From Nostoc sp. (GTDB lineage Bacteria > Cyanobacteriota > Cyanobacteriia > Cyanobacteriales > Nostocaceae): a stretch of 64,000 nucleotides of DNA. Where the stretch lies: assembly GCF_036917395.1 (NCBI RefSeq), contig NZ_JBALDI010000011.1:15446-79445 (forward strand), read 5' to 3'. Each line of letters opens with the position of its first letter. Within the stretch, counting starts at the first letter, position 1. A model generated the notes under the pieces. It did no database searches. It was not told where the DNA came from and worked only from the letters and a program-made list of their open reading frames with translations. Position numbers and translations under genes: made by a program. Shown here piece by piece: positions 30,898 through 41,680 of this stretch.

Positions 30898-31905
30898 ATG
30901 AAAACTGGAATTTTCTGCAATTACGATAATTATCACCAAGATGCTCGTCGTGCCATCTTTGAGCAAGTCGCGCTGGTAAAACAGGCAGAAAGCTTAGGTT
31001 TTGAGGAAGCCTGGGTGAGTGAGCACCATTTTAGTGAATCCAATCTCAGCCCGTCGATGTTGGTTTTAATGGCACACCTAGCAGGATTGACTTCAACCAT
31101 CCAATTAGGGACTGCGGCGGTGTTACTGCCATTCCATAACCCGATTAGGGTAGCCGAAGATATCGCCACGCTGGATAACCTGTGCAATGGACGATTATTA
31201 TTTGGAGTTGCCAAAGGCGGCCCCTTCCCCCAACAAAACAAGCATTTTGCGACACTCCCAAGTGAATCCCGTCCCAAGATGCTAGAAGCGATCGCATTGA
31301 TTCAGAAGCTGTTATATGAAACTGATGTATCATTTAATGGGCAACATTATCAATGCGATCGCCTGACAATTTATCCAAAACCATTGCAGAGTCAAATACC
31401 AGTGTATGTTGCTACTGGCGGTGATGACGGGATCGAGTTTGCTGCTAAACATTCCTTCAGCTTGATGGGTGGGCCGCCGTTTTCTCTGGAGAGATTGAAG
31501 GATACTCTTGCCAAATATCGAGCCTTAAATTCTGGTGGTGCAGAAAACTTTGTGCTGGCACGCTTCTTTTATGTTGGCAAAACATTTGATGAGGCAGTGA
31601 GTGAAGCGTTACCTTTCATTCGCAAATTTAGCCAGAAAATGAAAGCTAATTCGGCTCAATTATTGCAGAATAGTGCCAATCCCAACCAAAAACCATTTGA
31701 TCGTACAAACATTTGTTTCGACGAAGATTATTTGATTGAGAACTCAATTATCGGTGATGTGGAGACTTGTCGAGACAAAATCAAGAAATTTCAGTCCGAA
31801 TTAAATTTAGGTACGCTAGCACTCAAACCCACGTCTTCGGATATGCAAAAAAATCTGGAGAGTTTGACACGCTACAACCAAGAGGTGCGAAATTATGTCT
31901 TCTAA
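30898..31905 (+). CDS. LLM-class (luciferase-like) flavin-dependent monooxygenase
   Basis: WVSEHHF, LGTAAVLLP and IATLDNLCNGRLLFGVAKG. Confidence 0.9.
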   Translation: MKTGIFCNYDNYHQDARRAIFEQVALVKQAESLGFEEAWVSEHHFSESNLSPSMLVLMAHLAGLTSTIQLGTAAVLLPFHNPIRVAEDIATLDNLCNGRLLFGVAKGGPFPQQNKHFATLPSESRPKMLEAIALIQKLLYETDVSFNGQHYQCDRLTIYPKPLQSQIPVYVATGGDDGIEFAAKHSFSLMGGPPFSLERLKDTLAKYRALNSGGAENFVLARFFYVGKTFDEAVSEALPFIRKFSQKMKANSAQLLQNSANPNQKPFDRTNICFDEDYLIENSIIGDVETCRDKIKKFQSELNLGTLALKPTSSDMQKNLESLTRYNQEVRNYVF

Positions 31906-32269
31906 ACTATACCTGCTTCCTCCTGATGATTTACCTCCCGCTGAGGTAACAAAACAGGATGGAATGTTGCAGATGGAACTAGAACAGTCTATTGGCAGAT
32001 GCTTTTATCAAGCCTGCGATCGCATTACGCGAGTACTGTTATCTAATTGTCAGTGGTATCTTACAACAAATGCTAGCATCCTAACACTAATAATTGACTG
32101 CCCTGACATCTTATCTTACTGGCATATAGTCAGCAATATTCCCCAGTTGGGTAATAGGTTAGAGCGGTTTGCTACAAATGGCAAAATCCGCGTTTATCCC
32201 CCATTTGGCAAAGGGATGCCGTTTGAAATCAGCATAAATGAAATATCAGCTTATCGAGATTGGCTTTGA
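31895..32269 (+). CDS. Hypothetical protein, paralog of 50938-51312
   Basis: Overlaps the LLM stop; shares FY(Q/E)ACDR, LLSNCxWY and CPD motifs with 50938-51312. Confidence 0.75.
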   Translation: MSSKLYLLPPDDLPPAEVTKQDGMLQMELEQSIGRCFYQACDRITRVLLSNCQWYLTTNASILTLIIDCPDILSYWHIVSNIPQLGNRLERFATNGKIRVYPPFGKGMPFEISINEISAYRDWL

Positions 32270-32403
32270 GGTAAATAAGTACGAACTGGGAATCACACAA
32301 AATATAGCTTATTCATTCTTATCGCTGTCTTCCACCCTGTACTCCTAAAGTGCAGGGTGTTGCAATTTTATAACAGTTACAATATCGTCTACGTTAAAAA
32401 AAT

Positions 32404-33270
32404 TTAGGTATTCGTCAACTGGGAAGAGATTAGTGTTGACAAGTTTGTTACCTTTTCAGTTAGCCACGCATACCAATTCTCTAAGCCAGCACCAGTAGTT
32501 GCAGAAACTTGAAAAATCTGAATTTTAGGATTTACTTTTTTAGCATATTCTATGCACTTTTGTACATCAAAATCTACATAAGGTAGCAAATCAATTTTAG
32601 TAAGAATCATGATATCACTAGCACGGAACATATGCGGGTATTTTATCGGCTTATCTTCTCCTTCCGTGACGGAGAGAATCACGACTTTTGCATTTTCTCC
32701 TAAATCAAATAAGGCTGGACAAACCAAATTTCCCACATTTTCAATCATCACAACTGAATTCAGCGGCGGATTCAGTTGTTGTAAACCTCTGTCTATCATT
32801 GATGCATCTAAATGACAGCCTATTCCGGTGTTGATTTGGATAACTTGAGAACCTGTTTCTTTAATTTTTTTGGCATCGTTAGCAGTTTCTTGGTCACCTT
32901 CAATGACACTGATAGATAATTGATGCTTTAAATCATTGATAGTGCGAGTTAAAAGAGTTGTTTTCCCTGCACCGGGAGAACTCATTAAATTTAAGGCGAG
33001 AATATTTCGACCCTTGAACCATCCCCGATTTTGGGCAGCTAGCAAGTTATTTTTTGCTAAGATATCCTGTTCTAAGGATATCGTTGTGTTGTGTATTTTA
33101 GCATGAATTTGAGATGCTTCTATATGAGTATCGTGACTGTGGGAATGAGTGATGACAGTACCATCTGGTAAAGTGTGAGTATGATGATGGTGATTATGTT
33201 CAGCTTCACCTGTTTCCAGATTGGTAATTTTAGTTTCACCATCATCAGAACAACCGCAAGTTACACACAT
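32404..33270 (-). CDS. hypB: Hydrogenase nickel incorporation GTPase HypB
   Basis: CVTCGC, His-rich linker, SSPGAGKT, ENVGNL and TKID. Confidence 0.97.
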   Translation of the reverse strand: MCVTCGCSDDGETKITNLETGEAEHNHHHHTHTLPDGTVITHSHSHDTHIEASQIHAKIHNTTISLEQDILAKNNLLAAQNRGWFKGRNILALNLMSSPGAGKTTLLTRTINDLKHQLSISVIEGDQETANDAKKIKETGSQVIQINTGIGCHLDASMIDRGLQQLNPPLNSVVMIENVGNLVCPALFDLGENAKVVILSVTEGEDKPIKYPHMFRASDIMILTKIDLLPYVDFDVQKCIEYAKKVNPKIQIFQVSATTGAGLENWYAWLTEKVTNLSTLISSQLTNT

Positions 33271-33602
33271 AATTCCTCTATTTCTATTTCTTTAATTTTC
33301 AGTTCTTCACCAGTAATTAAATCTAATTGCCCGCTACCGCAGTTACAAATACCAAATGGTTTATCTAAATAAATTTCTGCACCGCATTCGCGACATCGCC
33401 CTAAGCCAGGAATTTCTAAAATTTCTAATGTCGCCCCTTCTAAAAGTGTACCTTGAGTGCAAATATCAAAACAAAATCGCACGGCGTCGGGCATAATAGC
33501 TGAAAGTTTACCAATTTCTAATAAAACTCGTTGCACTTTTGCGCCTTTGGCATGTTCAGCTACAATTGCTACAATATTTTGAGTAATTCCAAGTTCGTGC
33601 AT
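33261..33602 (-). CDS. hypA: Hydrogenase nickel insertion protein HypA
   Basis: MHE N-terminus; CRECG and CNCG zinc motifs. Confidence 0.96.
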   Translation of the reverse strand: MHELGITQNIVAIVAEHAKGAKVQRVLLEIGKLSAIMPDAVRFCFDICTQGTLLEGATLEILEIPGLGRCRECGAEIYLDKPFGICNCGSGQLDLITGEELKIKEIEIEELCV

Positions 33603-33614
33603 ACTATTAAAAAA

Positions 33615-34718
33615 TTAACAAATTCGTGGCAATTGGTCGCCTACCAACATATCAACAATCCTTTCAGCACCAAAAACTGTTTTTAACAATACAATACCTG
33701 GAGGTGAGGTAATAACTTCGCCAATAATACAAGCATTTTTGCCTGCTGGATGGGATTTCATAGCTGATAAAATTTTGTCAGCATTCTCTTTTGAAACTAC
33801 CACAACTAACTTACCTTCATTAGCTAAATACAATGGGTCTAAACCGAGAATTTCACAAACTCCGTTAACTTCTTCACGCACTGGGATAGATTCTTCATAG
33901 AGACGAATTCCTACATCGGAACTGAGAGCAAATTCATTTAAGACTGTAGCTAAACCACCGCGTGTAGCATCTCGCATAGCATGAACTTGGGGACATGCAT
34001 GGAGAATAGTTTCTACTAAACTATGCAATGACTGACAGTCACTTTCAATATTAGTTTTTAAGGCTAATTCCCCACGGGCAATTAAAATTGCTGCCCCATG
34101 ATTACCTAATTCACCGTTAACAATTACGGCATCTCCAGGTTGAATATTGTGGGCAGAAATACTAACACCTCGCGGGATAATACCAATACCAGCAGTATTA
34201 ATAAAGAGTTTATCGGCAGCACCTCGATGTACAACTTTTGTGTCACCAGTGACAATTTGAACACCAGCTTTTTTCGCGGCTGCTTTCATACTGGCTGCTA
34301 CACGTCGTAAGGTCTCTACGGGTAATCCTTCTTCTAAAATGACGCTACAAGTTAAATATAAAGGTTTAGCACCGCTGACAGCTAAATCATTAACTGTGCC
34401 GTTGATAGCTAATTCTCCTATATCACTACCGGGAAAAAATAAGGGGTCTACGACATAGGAATCTGTAGTAAATGCAAGTCTGTCTCCTTGTTGCAAGAGA
34501 GGGGCTAAGTTGAAGCTGGCTTGGTCTTCTAATTGTGAGAGAATCGGGTTATCAAAATTACTGACAAAGATATCATCTATTAAATCACGCATGGCTTTAC
34601 CACCGCTACCATGTGCGAGAGTTATATGAGTATCTCGCACTTTTCCTTGGCGACGGCGGACTTGTTCCATTTTCTGGAATAGAGAATTTTGTACTTGATT
34701 CTTGGAGGATAAATCCAT
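33615..34718 (-). CDS. hypE: Carbamoyl dehydratase HypE
   Basis: AHGSGG, TTDSYVV, MRDATRGG and C-terminal PRIC. Confidence 0.97.
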   Translation of the reverse strand: MDLSSKNQVQNSLFQKMEQVRRRQGKVRDTHITLAHGSGGKAMRDLIDDIFVSNFDNPILSQLEDQASFNLAPLLQQGDRLAFTTDSYVVDPLFFPGSDIGELAINGTVNDLAVSGAKPLYLTCSVILEEGLPVETLRRVAASMKAAAKKAGVQIVTGDTKVVHRGAADKLFINTAGIGIIPRGVSISAHNIQPGDAVIVNGELGNHGAAILIARGELALKTNIESDCQSLHSLVETILHACPQVHAMRDATRGGLATVLNEFALSSDVGIRLYEESIPVREEVNGVCEILGLDPLYLANEGKLVVVVSKENADKILSAMKSHPAGKNACIIGEVITSPPGIVLLKTVFGAERIVDMLVGDQLPRIC

Positions 34719-34771
34719 ATTAAAATTGACTTTTTTTAACGCAAAGGAACGCAGAGTATTTGTGAGATGTA

Positions 34772-35956
34772 TTAGTCAGAAGAGAAGCCGCAGGCGGGGA
34801 GAGGTTCTTGAGTTATAGCTACTTTTGGTTTTTGGGCGATTGTTCTTTTGGCAATAGTGGAGAGTCGCCCATATTTGTAATAGGCTGCACAAGCACCTTC
34901 AGAAGATACCATGCAAGTACCAATGGGTGTTTCTGGTGTGCAAGCTGTACCGAATACTTGGCACTCCCAAGGCTTTAAGACTCCTTTAAGGATTTCTCCA
35001 CATTTACAAGCTTTATGGTCAGCTACTTTAAGATTAGGAATGGTAAATTTAAGTTCGGCATCAAATTGGGCATATTCAGGTTGAATTTGTAATCCTGAAT
35101 AGGGGATATCACCCAAGCCACGCCAATCAAAACTATCTCGCATGGCGAAAACTTTGTTTATTGCTTGTAGCGCTACTGTGTTCCCGCTTTTTTGGACAAT
35201 TCGATTATATTGGTTCTCGACTTCACAACGATTTTCTACTAGCTGTTGCAATAACATCCAAATGGATTGAAGAATATCTAAGGGTTCAAATCCTGAGACG
35301 ACTATTGGCTTATTATATTGTTGGGAAATAAATTCATAAGGGTCAGTGCCAATTACCATGCTGACATGGCCAGGGCCAACAAATCCATCCAGTTGCAAGT
35401 CGGGATTATCTAATAGTGCTTTCAGGGCGGGAACCACGAGGACGTGGTTGGAAAACATACTAAAGTTATGAATTTCTTCGGCTGCGGCTTGCAGGATGGT
35501 GAAGGCGGTGCTGGGGGCTGTGGTTTCAAAGCCTAAGGCGAAGAAGACTACTTCTTTATCGGGGTTATCTCTAGCAATTTGCAGGCTGTCTAGGGGAGAG
35601 TACACCATACGGATGTCTGCGCCTTGTGCCCTAGCTTGCAGTAAAGTGGTATTGGAACCAGGAACTCGCATTGCGTCGCCAAAGGTGGCAAAGATGACGT
35701 TATGATTTTGAGAGATTGCGATCGCATCATCTAATCTCCCTTTTGGCATAACGCATACTGGACAACCAGGCCCATGAATTAGTTCAATGGCTTCTGGTAA
35801 AATTTCTTCAATACCATATTTAAATATGGAATGGGTATGTCCGCCGCATACTTCCATGATTTTGATGGGTTTTTCTAGCTGGTTGCATAATTTGGCGATT
35901 TCGCGGCGGATGGCTTCAGCTTTTTCTGGTTCGCGGAATTCGTCAACATATTTCAT
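34772..35956 (-). CDS. hypD: Hydrogenase maturation protein HypD
   Basis: MEVCGGHT, GPGCPVC, GFETT, PGHV and CMVSSEGAC. Confidence 0.97.
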   Translation of the reverse strand: MKYVDEFREPEKAEAIRREIAKLCNQLEKPIKIMEVCGGHTHSIFKYGIEEILPEAIELIHGPGCPVCVMPKGRLDDAIAISQNHNVIFATFGDAMRVPGSNTTLLQARAQGADIRMVYSPLDSLQIARDNPDKEVVFFALGFETTAPSTAFTILQAAAEEIHNFSMFSNHVLVVPALKALLDNPDLQLDGFVGPGHVSMVIGTDPYEFISQQYNKPIVVSGFEPLDILQSIWMLLQQLVENRCEVENQYNRIVQKSGNTVALQAINKVFAMRDSFDWRGLGDIPYSGLQIQPEYAQFDAELKFTIPNLKVADHKACKCGEILKGVLKPWECQVFGTACTPETPIGTCMVSSEGACAAYYKYGRLSTIAKRTIAQKPKVAITQEPLPACGFSSD

Positions 35957-36094
35957 AAGATTGGGGAATAGTAAATTTTATGTCAATACAGCACAGTTAA
36001 GTATTTCTTTCTTTTCTCCGTGCCGCGCCAGTTGCTTCAAGTCGGGGAACCCGCCCAACGCACTGGCTTCTCTGCGCCTCTGCGGTTCGTTAAG

Positions 36095-36355
36095 TTAAGT
36101 ACTAATCCCTGTTTGTGCTGCTGCTAATTCTTGCAAGAGTTGTAATGTTTCTGCGGCTTCTTGTTCGTTAATTCGATTCATGGCAAAGCCAACATGTACT
36201 AGTACCCAATCCCCAATACAAGCTTCGGGGGGATGTTGTTCATCTACGATGCAAGCAATATTTACTTCGCGCTTAACACCAGCAATGTTAACTATGGCTA
36301 ATTTATGGTTAACATTGGTAATTTCTATAATTTGTCCGGGGATTCCTAAGCACAT
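36095..36355 (-). CDS. hypC: Hydrogenase chaperone HypC
   Basis: MCLGIP N-terminus and WVLVHVGFA. Confidence 0.97.
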   Translation of the reverse strand: MCLGIPGQIIEITNVNHKLAIVNIAGVKREVNIACIVDEQHPPEACIGDWVLVHVGFAMNRINEQEAAETLQLLQELAAAQTGIST

Positions 36356-36435
36356 TTTTATTTTTTAAGATAAACGAACCACTGAGGCGCAGAGAACGCA
36401 GAGAAAATTATTTGTGAGATAAAGTTTGTCAAATA

Positions 36436-38784
36436 TCAACACTCATGTATTAATTGTGCGGCTGCAATAACTGCTTGTCCTAAAGATAGCCCACCGTCAT
36501 TAGCTGGAACTAAGCTGTGAGTAAGTATTTTGATTTCCAAGGTTTGTAATTGTTTGGTAACTTGCTCTAACAATATACAATTTTGAAATACTCCTCCTGT
36601 TAGGACAACTTGATTAATCAGATTTTCTTGACAAAGATGCTTAACCATCTCCACAATCGCATTAGCTAAACCTTTGTGAAATTTTGCAGCCATAACTGGT
36701 TCTGGAATCTGCTGCTGTAAGTCATTGAGCAAGGCTTGCCACATTGGGCGCGGGTCTATACAATAAATACTATCTGAAAAGATAAAATTAAAAGGATATT
36801 TTGGCGTTTCTTTATGATTATTTAAGCTGCTAACATCTACTATAGCTTCCATTGCGATCGCAGCTTGCCCTTCATAGCTACATTCATCTCTATAAATACC
36901 GATAGCTGCTGCCACTGCATCGAACAACCGCCCCACTGAGGAAGCTGGAGGAGAGTTAATCCCTTTCTCCATAAGTTGATTGAGTAGCTTTAGTGGTTTT
37001 TTATTCAGAAATTTTACGATTTCTAAATCACTATATTGTTGTTGAAAATCATTCCAAAGGTTAGCAGTTATTAATTGAGCATACGTATTACGCCAAGGCT
37101 GATAAATTGCTTGTTCACCACCTACCATTGCTACTGGTTTAAATGTTGCTAGTCGCCGAAATTTTCGGTAATCAGCTAAAAGAAATTCTCCGCCCCAGAG
37201 TGTACCATCATCACCGTAACCTAAACCATCTAAAGCGATGCCTAATACCCCAGGTGAATCTAGAGTAATCCCATTTTCTGCCATACAAGCGGCGATATGC
37301 GCGTGATGATGTTGAATTTGATGAATTTTGATTTGATTTGTATCTGCGAGTTCTTTTCCAAATTTGCTGGAAAGATATTCAGGGTGTTTATCAATAGCAA
37401 TTACTTCTGGTTGATGCTCAAATAAATTCAAGTATAAATTCAAAGTGTCTTGGTAAGCATTGAAAGCCGCAGCATTTTCTAAATCTCCCAGATGTTGAGA
37501 AAGAACTGCTTCTCCTTGACGCAACAGGCAAAAGGTATTTTTTAACTCACTGCCCATTGCTAAAATTTGCGGCACATTCTGAAATCCCTGTGGTAAACTA
37601 ATTGGTGCTGGTGCATATCCTCTGGCACGGCGAATTGTTTGGACTTTATCGCCGATAACTCTCACCACCGAATCATCTACCCGATTAATAATCTTTCGAT
37701 TGTGAAAGAGAAAATAATCAGCGATTGTCCCTAATTTTTCCCTTGCTTCGTTATTATCAATACATTGTGGTTCATCAACAAGATTGCCACTTGTTAAAAC
37801 AATTGGGCGATTCATCCGCCGCAGAATTAAATGATGTAATGGCGTATAAGGTAACATGAAACCGAGGGTATTTTGCCCCGATGCTATCGATGGTGCTACT
37901 ACTTTTTTACCTGTCGCTTGTAGTAAAACAATTGGTGCAGCAGAACTTATCAATAATTCTTTTTCTTTGGCGTTGACAGTGCAGTATTCTTCAATTATCT
38001 CAATATCTCGCGCCATTAAAGCAAAGGGTTTATGATAGCGCCTTTTGCGCTGACGTAGTTTTTGTACAGCAGTTTCCTGAGTTGCATCGCAAGCCAGATG
38101 AATACCGCTTAACCCTTTAATTGCTACAATCTCACCCTTTTGCAACAGGGTACAAACGGCATCGACATCATCCAGCATAGAGAACATGGAAGCAGTAACT
38201 GATTTACCATCAGCGCGTTCTAACCAAGCTGTGGGGCCGCAAGCATGACAAGCTACAGGTTGGGCGTGAAAACGGCGGTTTTCAACATCGTGGTATTCCT
38301 TTGCACATTCTGAACACATGGCAAACGCAGACATACTGGTATTGCATCTATCATAAGGAATGGCACGAATAATACTCAGGCGGGGGCCGCAATGAGTGCA
38401 GTTAGTAAAGGGGTAGCGATAAAAGCGGCTAAAGGGGTCGAATATTTCTTGTTGACATTGCGGACAAGTGGCTGCATCAGGGGTAATTTCTGTTTTCATG
38501 GCATTACTGACACTAGTAGAAATCACAAAATTATCAAATTTCAATTCACCTTCATAAATAATTCTTGTTAGTTGATTAATTCTTGCCAACGGTGGACATT
38601 CTGTTTGCAATCTGGCAACAAATTCGGTTATTGCTTCCTCGCTACCAGATACCCTAATTAAAACACCTTGACCATCATTACAAACATCTCCATGCAAACC
38701 GCAGGCTTTAGCAAGACGATATACAGTAGGGCGAAATCCTACTCCTTGAACAGTACCGCAAATTCTAATTTCTTCAGTCGCCAT
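36436..38784 (-). CDS. hypF: Carbamoyltransferase HypF
   Basis: Acylphosphatase VQGVGFRP, CxxC zinc fingers, HHHAH and ANDGGLSLGQ. Confidence 0.97.
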   Translation of the reverse strand: MATEEIRICGTVQGVGFRPTVYRLAKACGLHGDVCNDGQGVLIRVSGSEEAITEFVARLQTECPPLARINQLTRIIYEGELKFDNFVISTSVSNAMKTEITPDAATCPQCQQEIFDPFSRFYRYPFTNCTHCGPRLSIIRAIPYDRCNTSMSAFAMCSECAKEYHDVENRRFHAQPVACHACGPTAWLERADGKSVTASMFSMLDDVDAVCTLLQKGEIVAIKGLSGIHLACDATQETAVQKLRQRKRRYHKPFALMARDIEIIEEYCTVNAKEKELLISSAAPIVLLQATGKKVVAPSIASGQNTLGFMLPYTPLHHLILRRMNRPIVLTSGNLVDEPQCIDNNEAREKLGTIADYFLFHNRKIINRVDDSVVRVIGDKVQTIRRARGYAPAPISLPQGFQNVPQILAMGSELKNTFCLLRQGEAVLSQHLGDLENAAAFNAYQDTLNLYLNLFEHQPEVIAIDKHPEYLSSKFGKELADTNQIKIHQIQHHHAHIAACMAENGITLDSPGVLGIALDGLGYGDDGTLWGGEFLLADYRKFRRLATFKPVAMVGGEQAIYQPWRNTYAQLITANLWNDFQQQYSDLEIVKFLNKKPLKLLNQLMEKGINSPPASSVGRLFDAVAAAIGIYRDECSYEGQAAIAMEAIVDVSSLNNHKETPKYPFNFIFSDSIYCIDPRPMWQALLNDLQQQIPEPVMAAKFHKGLANAIVEMVKHLCQENLINQVVLTGGVFQNCILLEQVTKQLQTLEIKILTHSLVPANDGGLSLGQAVIAAAQLIHEC

Positions 38785-38811
38785 AAAAATCTGACTTTCA
38801 AAAATTACGAA

Positions 38812-40026
38812 TTATGAATTATTAAACTGCCACAGCAAAATTCTGTTATTTCCAGAATCAGCTATTATAGCCGTATTGCCACAAATTTTTATGCCGTAAC
38901 ACCAATTTAAGCTATCTCGTTTTGGTAGTCCAAAATTACGATTTTCACCTTTACTTTGAAAATTTATTTGTCCGGCAAGCCCATTTGCTGTCGCACCTTG
39001 CAGTGATAAAATTGATTCTGGTTTTCTCCATCCTAACAAACGGGAATTAGCAGTATCTGCAACTACTAACCAATCCCCAGTCACCCCCACACCATAAGGC
39101 ATACTCAAACTACTAGCACTAGGATAATAAAGCCCTTGATTCATTTCCACAAAATCAAAGTTTTTTTGTCCTAAAACTACTGCACAAGGGGCATTATTTT
39201 CTGTTGGTATTTCCTGCCAAATCATTACCCGGTGATTACCTGCATCGCTGACAACCAAATTCTCTCCCCAAAAGTTGATATCGTGACACCAACGCATACT
39301 CGCTGCGGTTGGAGAAGCACCGCCGTTTTCATTGCGAGATATCATATCTGGTTGTCCCAAAACTAAATCAGCGGGTTGACCATTTTCTGTTGGTAATTGA
39401 TGCCAAATTAATAGCCTTCGATTGCCAGTGTCAGCAATAAATAGCCGTCCTTGATAATAGAAAATACCATAGGGCCAGTGCATTGTATTGGCTGATGCTG
39501 CTTGATTTCCTCGATTTGGTTCATTATCGGTAAAATTAACTTGCCCTAATACCAAATCCGCTGGAACATTGTTATCTTCAGGTAAGTTTTTCCAAATCAA
39601 AACCCGATGATTCCAAGCATCTGCTACAGCTAATCCTTCGCCGCAAGCACAAATCCCTGTTGGTACACTTAAGGTTGCCCTTCCGGGTGTACTTTTAGCA
39701 TTTTGTCCCTCATGATAAAAGTCAGGTTGTCCAATTACCCAATCAGCAGGTTGACTATCTCTCGTGGGTAAATTCTGCCATCCCAATAATCGATGATGTC
39801 CCGTATCTGATACCCATAAAGGGCCAGTTTCTGATACCAAACAAGCAGCACGAGGCCCGAACATTGTTGTGGGACTGGGTGCTACAGGTATCACTAATTC
39901 TTGTGGTTCAATAATGTTGCCTAAAATTACCTCTGCACCTTGAGGTGATAAAGGTAAATATTGAGGAATTTCTGTTACTTCTGACGGTAATTGTGATATG
40001 GGATTAATTGTGATTGGGATATCCAT
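38812..40026 (-). CDS. NHL-repeat (beta-propeller) protein of the extended hyp operon
   Basis: Repeated VSDTGHHR/VADAWNHR/IADTGNRR/VADTANSR blades. Confidence 0.85.
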   Translation of the reverse strand: MDIPITINPISQLPSEVTEIPQYLPLSPQGAEVILGNIIEPQELVIPVAPSPTTMFGPRAACLVSETGPLWVSDTGHHRLLGWQNLPTRDSQPADWVIGQPDFYHEGQNAKSTPGRATLSVPTGICACGEGLAVADAWNHRVLIWKNLPEDNNVPADLVLGQVNFTDNEPNRGNQAASANTMHWPYGIFYYQGRLFIADTGNRRLLIWHQLPTENGQPADLVLGQPDMISRNENGGASPTAASMRWCHDINFWGENLVVSDAGNHRVMIWQEIPTENNAPCAVVLGQKNFDFVEMNQGLYYPSASSLSMPYGVGVTGDWLVVADTANSRLLGWRKPESILSLQGATANGLAGQINFQSKGENRNFGLPKRDSLNWCYGIKICGNTAIIADSGNNRILLWQFNNS

Positions 40027-40227
40027 GAACCGCAGATAGACGCTGATAATTATTTAAAATCATTAATGTTGATAAACATGTAACAACACTAACAATTTTG
40101 CATGATGTTTTTATTTTAAATTAAGTAAAAATCTTAAAAAAACTTCCGTATTAATCAATATTAAAAGATTTATGCAAATCTTCAGTGGCTTTTGCTACAT
40201 AGCAATATTTGTCATGAGTGCGGGATG

Positions 40228-40500
40228 TACTGAAATGAGAAAGCAATCAAGCATTTTGAGAAAGCAATATGCCTTTTTGCTTGCTGAATCTACCGAAATG
40301 CTTGCTAAATCTACTGAAATGAAAAAGCAATCAGGCATTTTGAGAAAGCATTTAGCCATTTTGCTTTCTCAAAACACTAAAATGAATAACTAAATTACAC
40401 AAATGAGAAACAATTCAGATATATTGACAAATAAATCTACCTTTTTACTTGCACAAAACACTAAAATGAATGCGCGAAGTACTGAAATTAAAAAGCAATA
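40228..40500. repeat. 13 x 21-bp degenerate array with 84-bp higher-order period
   Basis: Units fall in exact 21-nt register; units 1/5/9/13, 2/6/10, 3/7/11 and 4/8/12 resemble each other. Confidence 0.8.
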
Positions 40501-40561
40501 TAGCCGTGATTTCCTAATTGTCAAGTATATTTGCGGAGATGTTAGCTTCGCATAATGATTT

Positions 40562-41401
40562 TTAGATTTTTACAAAAACCTTATCCTCCTTAATCTGTAC
40601 TGGATACGACTGAAGCGAAATATCAGGTGCAGTTAAGCATTCACCTGTCTCTAACTTGTACTGAAATCCGTGGGAAGGACAGGTAATAATACCATTTTCA
40701 ACCTTACCCTTTTCTAACGGAGATCCTAAATGAGTGCAAGCATTACGATAACATGTTACCGTAACACCTTGACGATATAAAATTAGTAAATTACCAGCAA
40801 GTTGTACTGCCAACACACTAAATTCAGGAACTTGATCAATAGTCGCCACTTTCATCCAAGTAGAAGTTATTTTTGAAGAAAATTGACTGATTAAACCAGA
40901 ATTCACGTTATTAACAGTAGGGTTGTTATTGACTGCAACTACTTTGGTAATTTCGGGACAATGGTTTTTGATTGCCTGTTCTACTCCCTGAGATAAAGTC
41001 AAAGTAGAAGCCGGACAACTACTGCAAGTTCCGATTAATCTGACTTCTACTGTATCTGGTAGCTTAATTGCCATTAGTTCTACATCCCCATTATGGCTTT
41101 TTAAACCTGGGCGAACTTCTTCAAGTGCTGTCTCAACACGTTGTGCTAATGGTGGTTTTGGTGGTTTAACTAATTCGTGATACAGTAGCACTGCGTACAC
41201 TACTTCATCAGTAACAGCATGACGTAAAGCTGACATTGATTCTTGTTTTAGGCTTTTAATCAAACTAGTCAATGCAGCTTTATGCAAAGCTTCAATTGCT
41301 CTTTTTAGACCCACTGCTACACACCGTTGGCTTTCATCCCACTCGGATATAATTGCCTCAAAGCGGTTAATTTCCTGAACTAATTCTTCAAGGTTGGTCA
41401 T
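40562..41401 (-). CDS. NifU C-terminal domain + Rieske [2Fe-2S] fusion protein
   Basis: VRPGLKSHNGDVE...CSSC and CTHLG...CPSHG motifs. Confidence 0.9.
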   Translation of the reverse strand: MTNLEELVQEINRFEAIISEWDESQRCVAVGLKRAIEALHKAALTSLIKSLKQESMSALRHAVTDEVVYAVLLYHELVKPPKPPLAQRVETALEEVRPGLKSHNGDVELMAIKLPDTVEVRLIGTCSSCPASTLTLSQGVEQAIKNHCPEITKVVAVNNNPTVNNVNSGLISQFSSKITSTWMKVATIDQVPEFSVLAVQLAGNLLILYRQGVTVTCYRNACTHLGSPLEKGKVENGIITCPSHGFQYKLETGECLTAPDISLQSYPVQIKEDKVFVKI

Positions 41402-41447
41402 TGTGCATTGGAAAACAACTAACAAAGGACTAATGACTAATGACTAA

Positions 41448-41672
41448 TCACTTCATTTTGAAATCTTTGAGGAGAAATGGCATAATCATGCCCGTCACTA
41501 AGCTAGATAATGTTATCGGTAAGTAGAAGGGAATTGGGGCTTGTGCGAGTAACACTAACAGTAAGAAACCTACAGCAACACCAATAGTAGTTTGCTTGAC
41601 AAAATACATTGGGTCGCGTAGTAGCTTTCCTTTCAAAAATAACTTGACAGAAAACCACCCTATCTCTAACAT
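41448..41672 (-). CDS. Small membrane protein of the extended hyp operon
   Basis: ATG at 41672 (MLEIGWFSVKLF...); two hydrophobic helices. Confidence 0.7.
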   Translation of the reverse strand: MLEIGWFSVKLFLKGKLLRDPMYFVKQTTIGVAVGFLLLVLLAQAPIPFYLPITLSSLVTGMIMPFLLKDFKMK

Positions 41673-41680
41673 GTCTTCTC

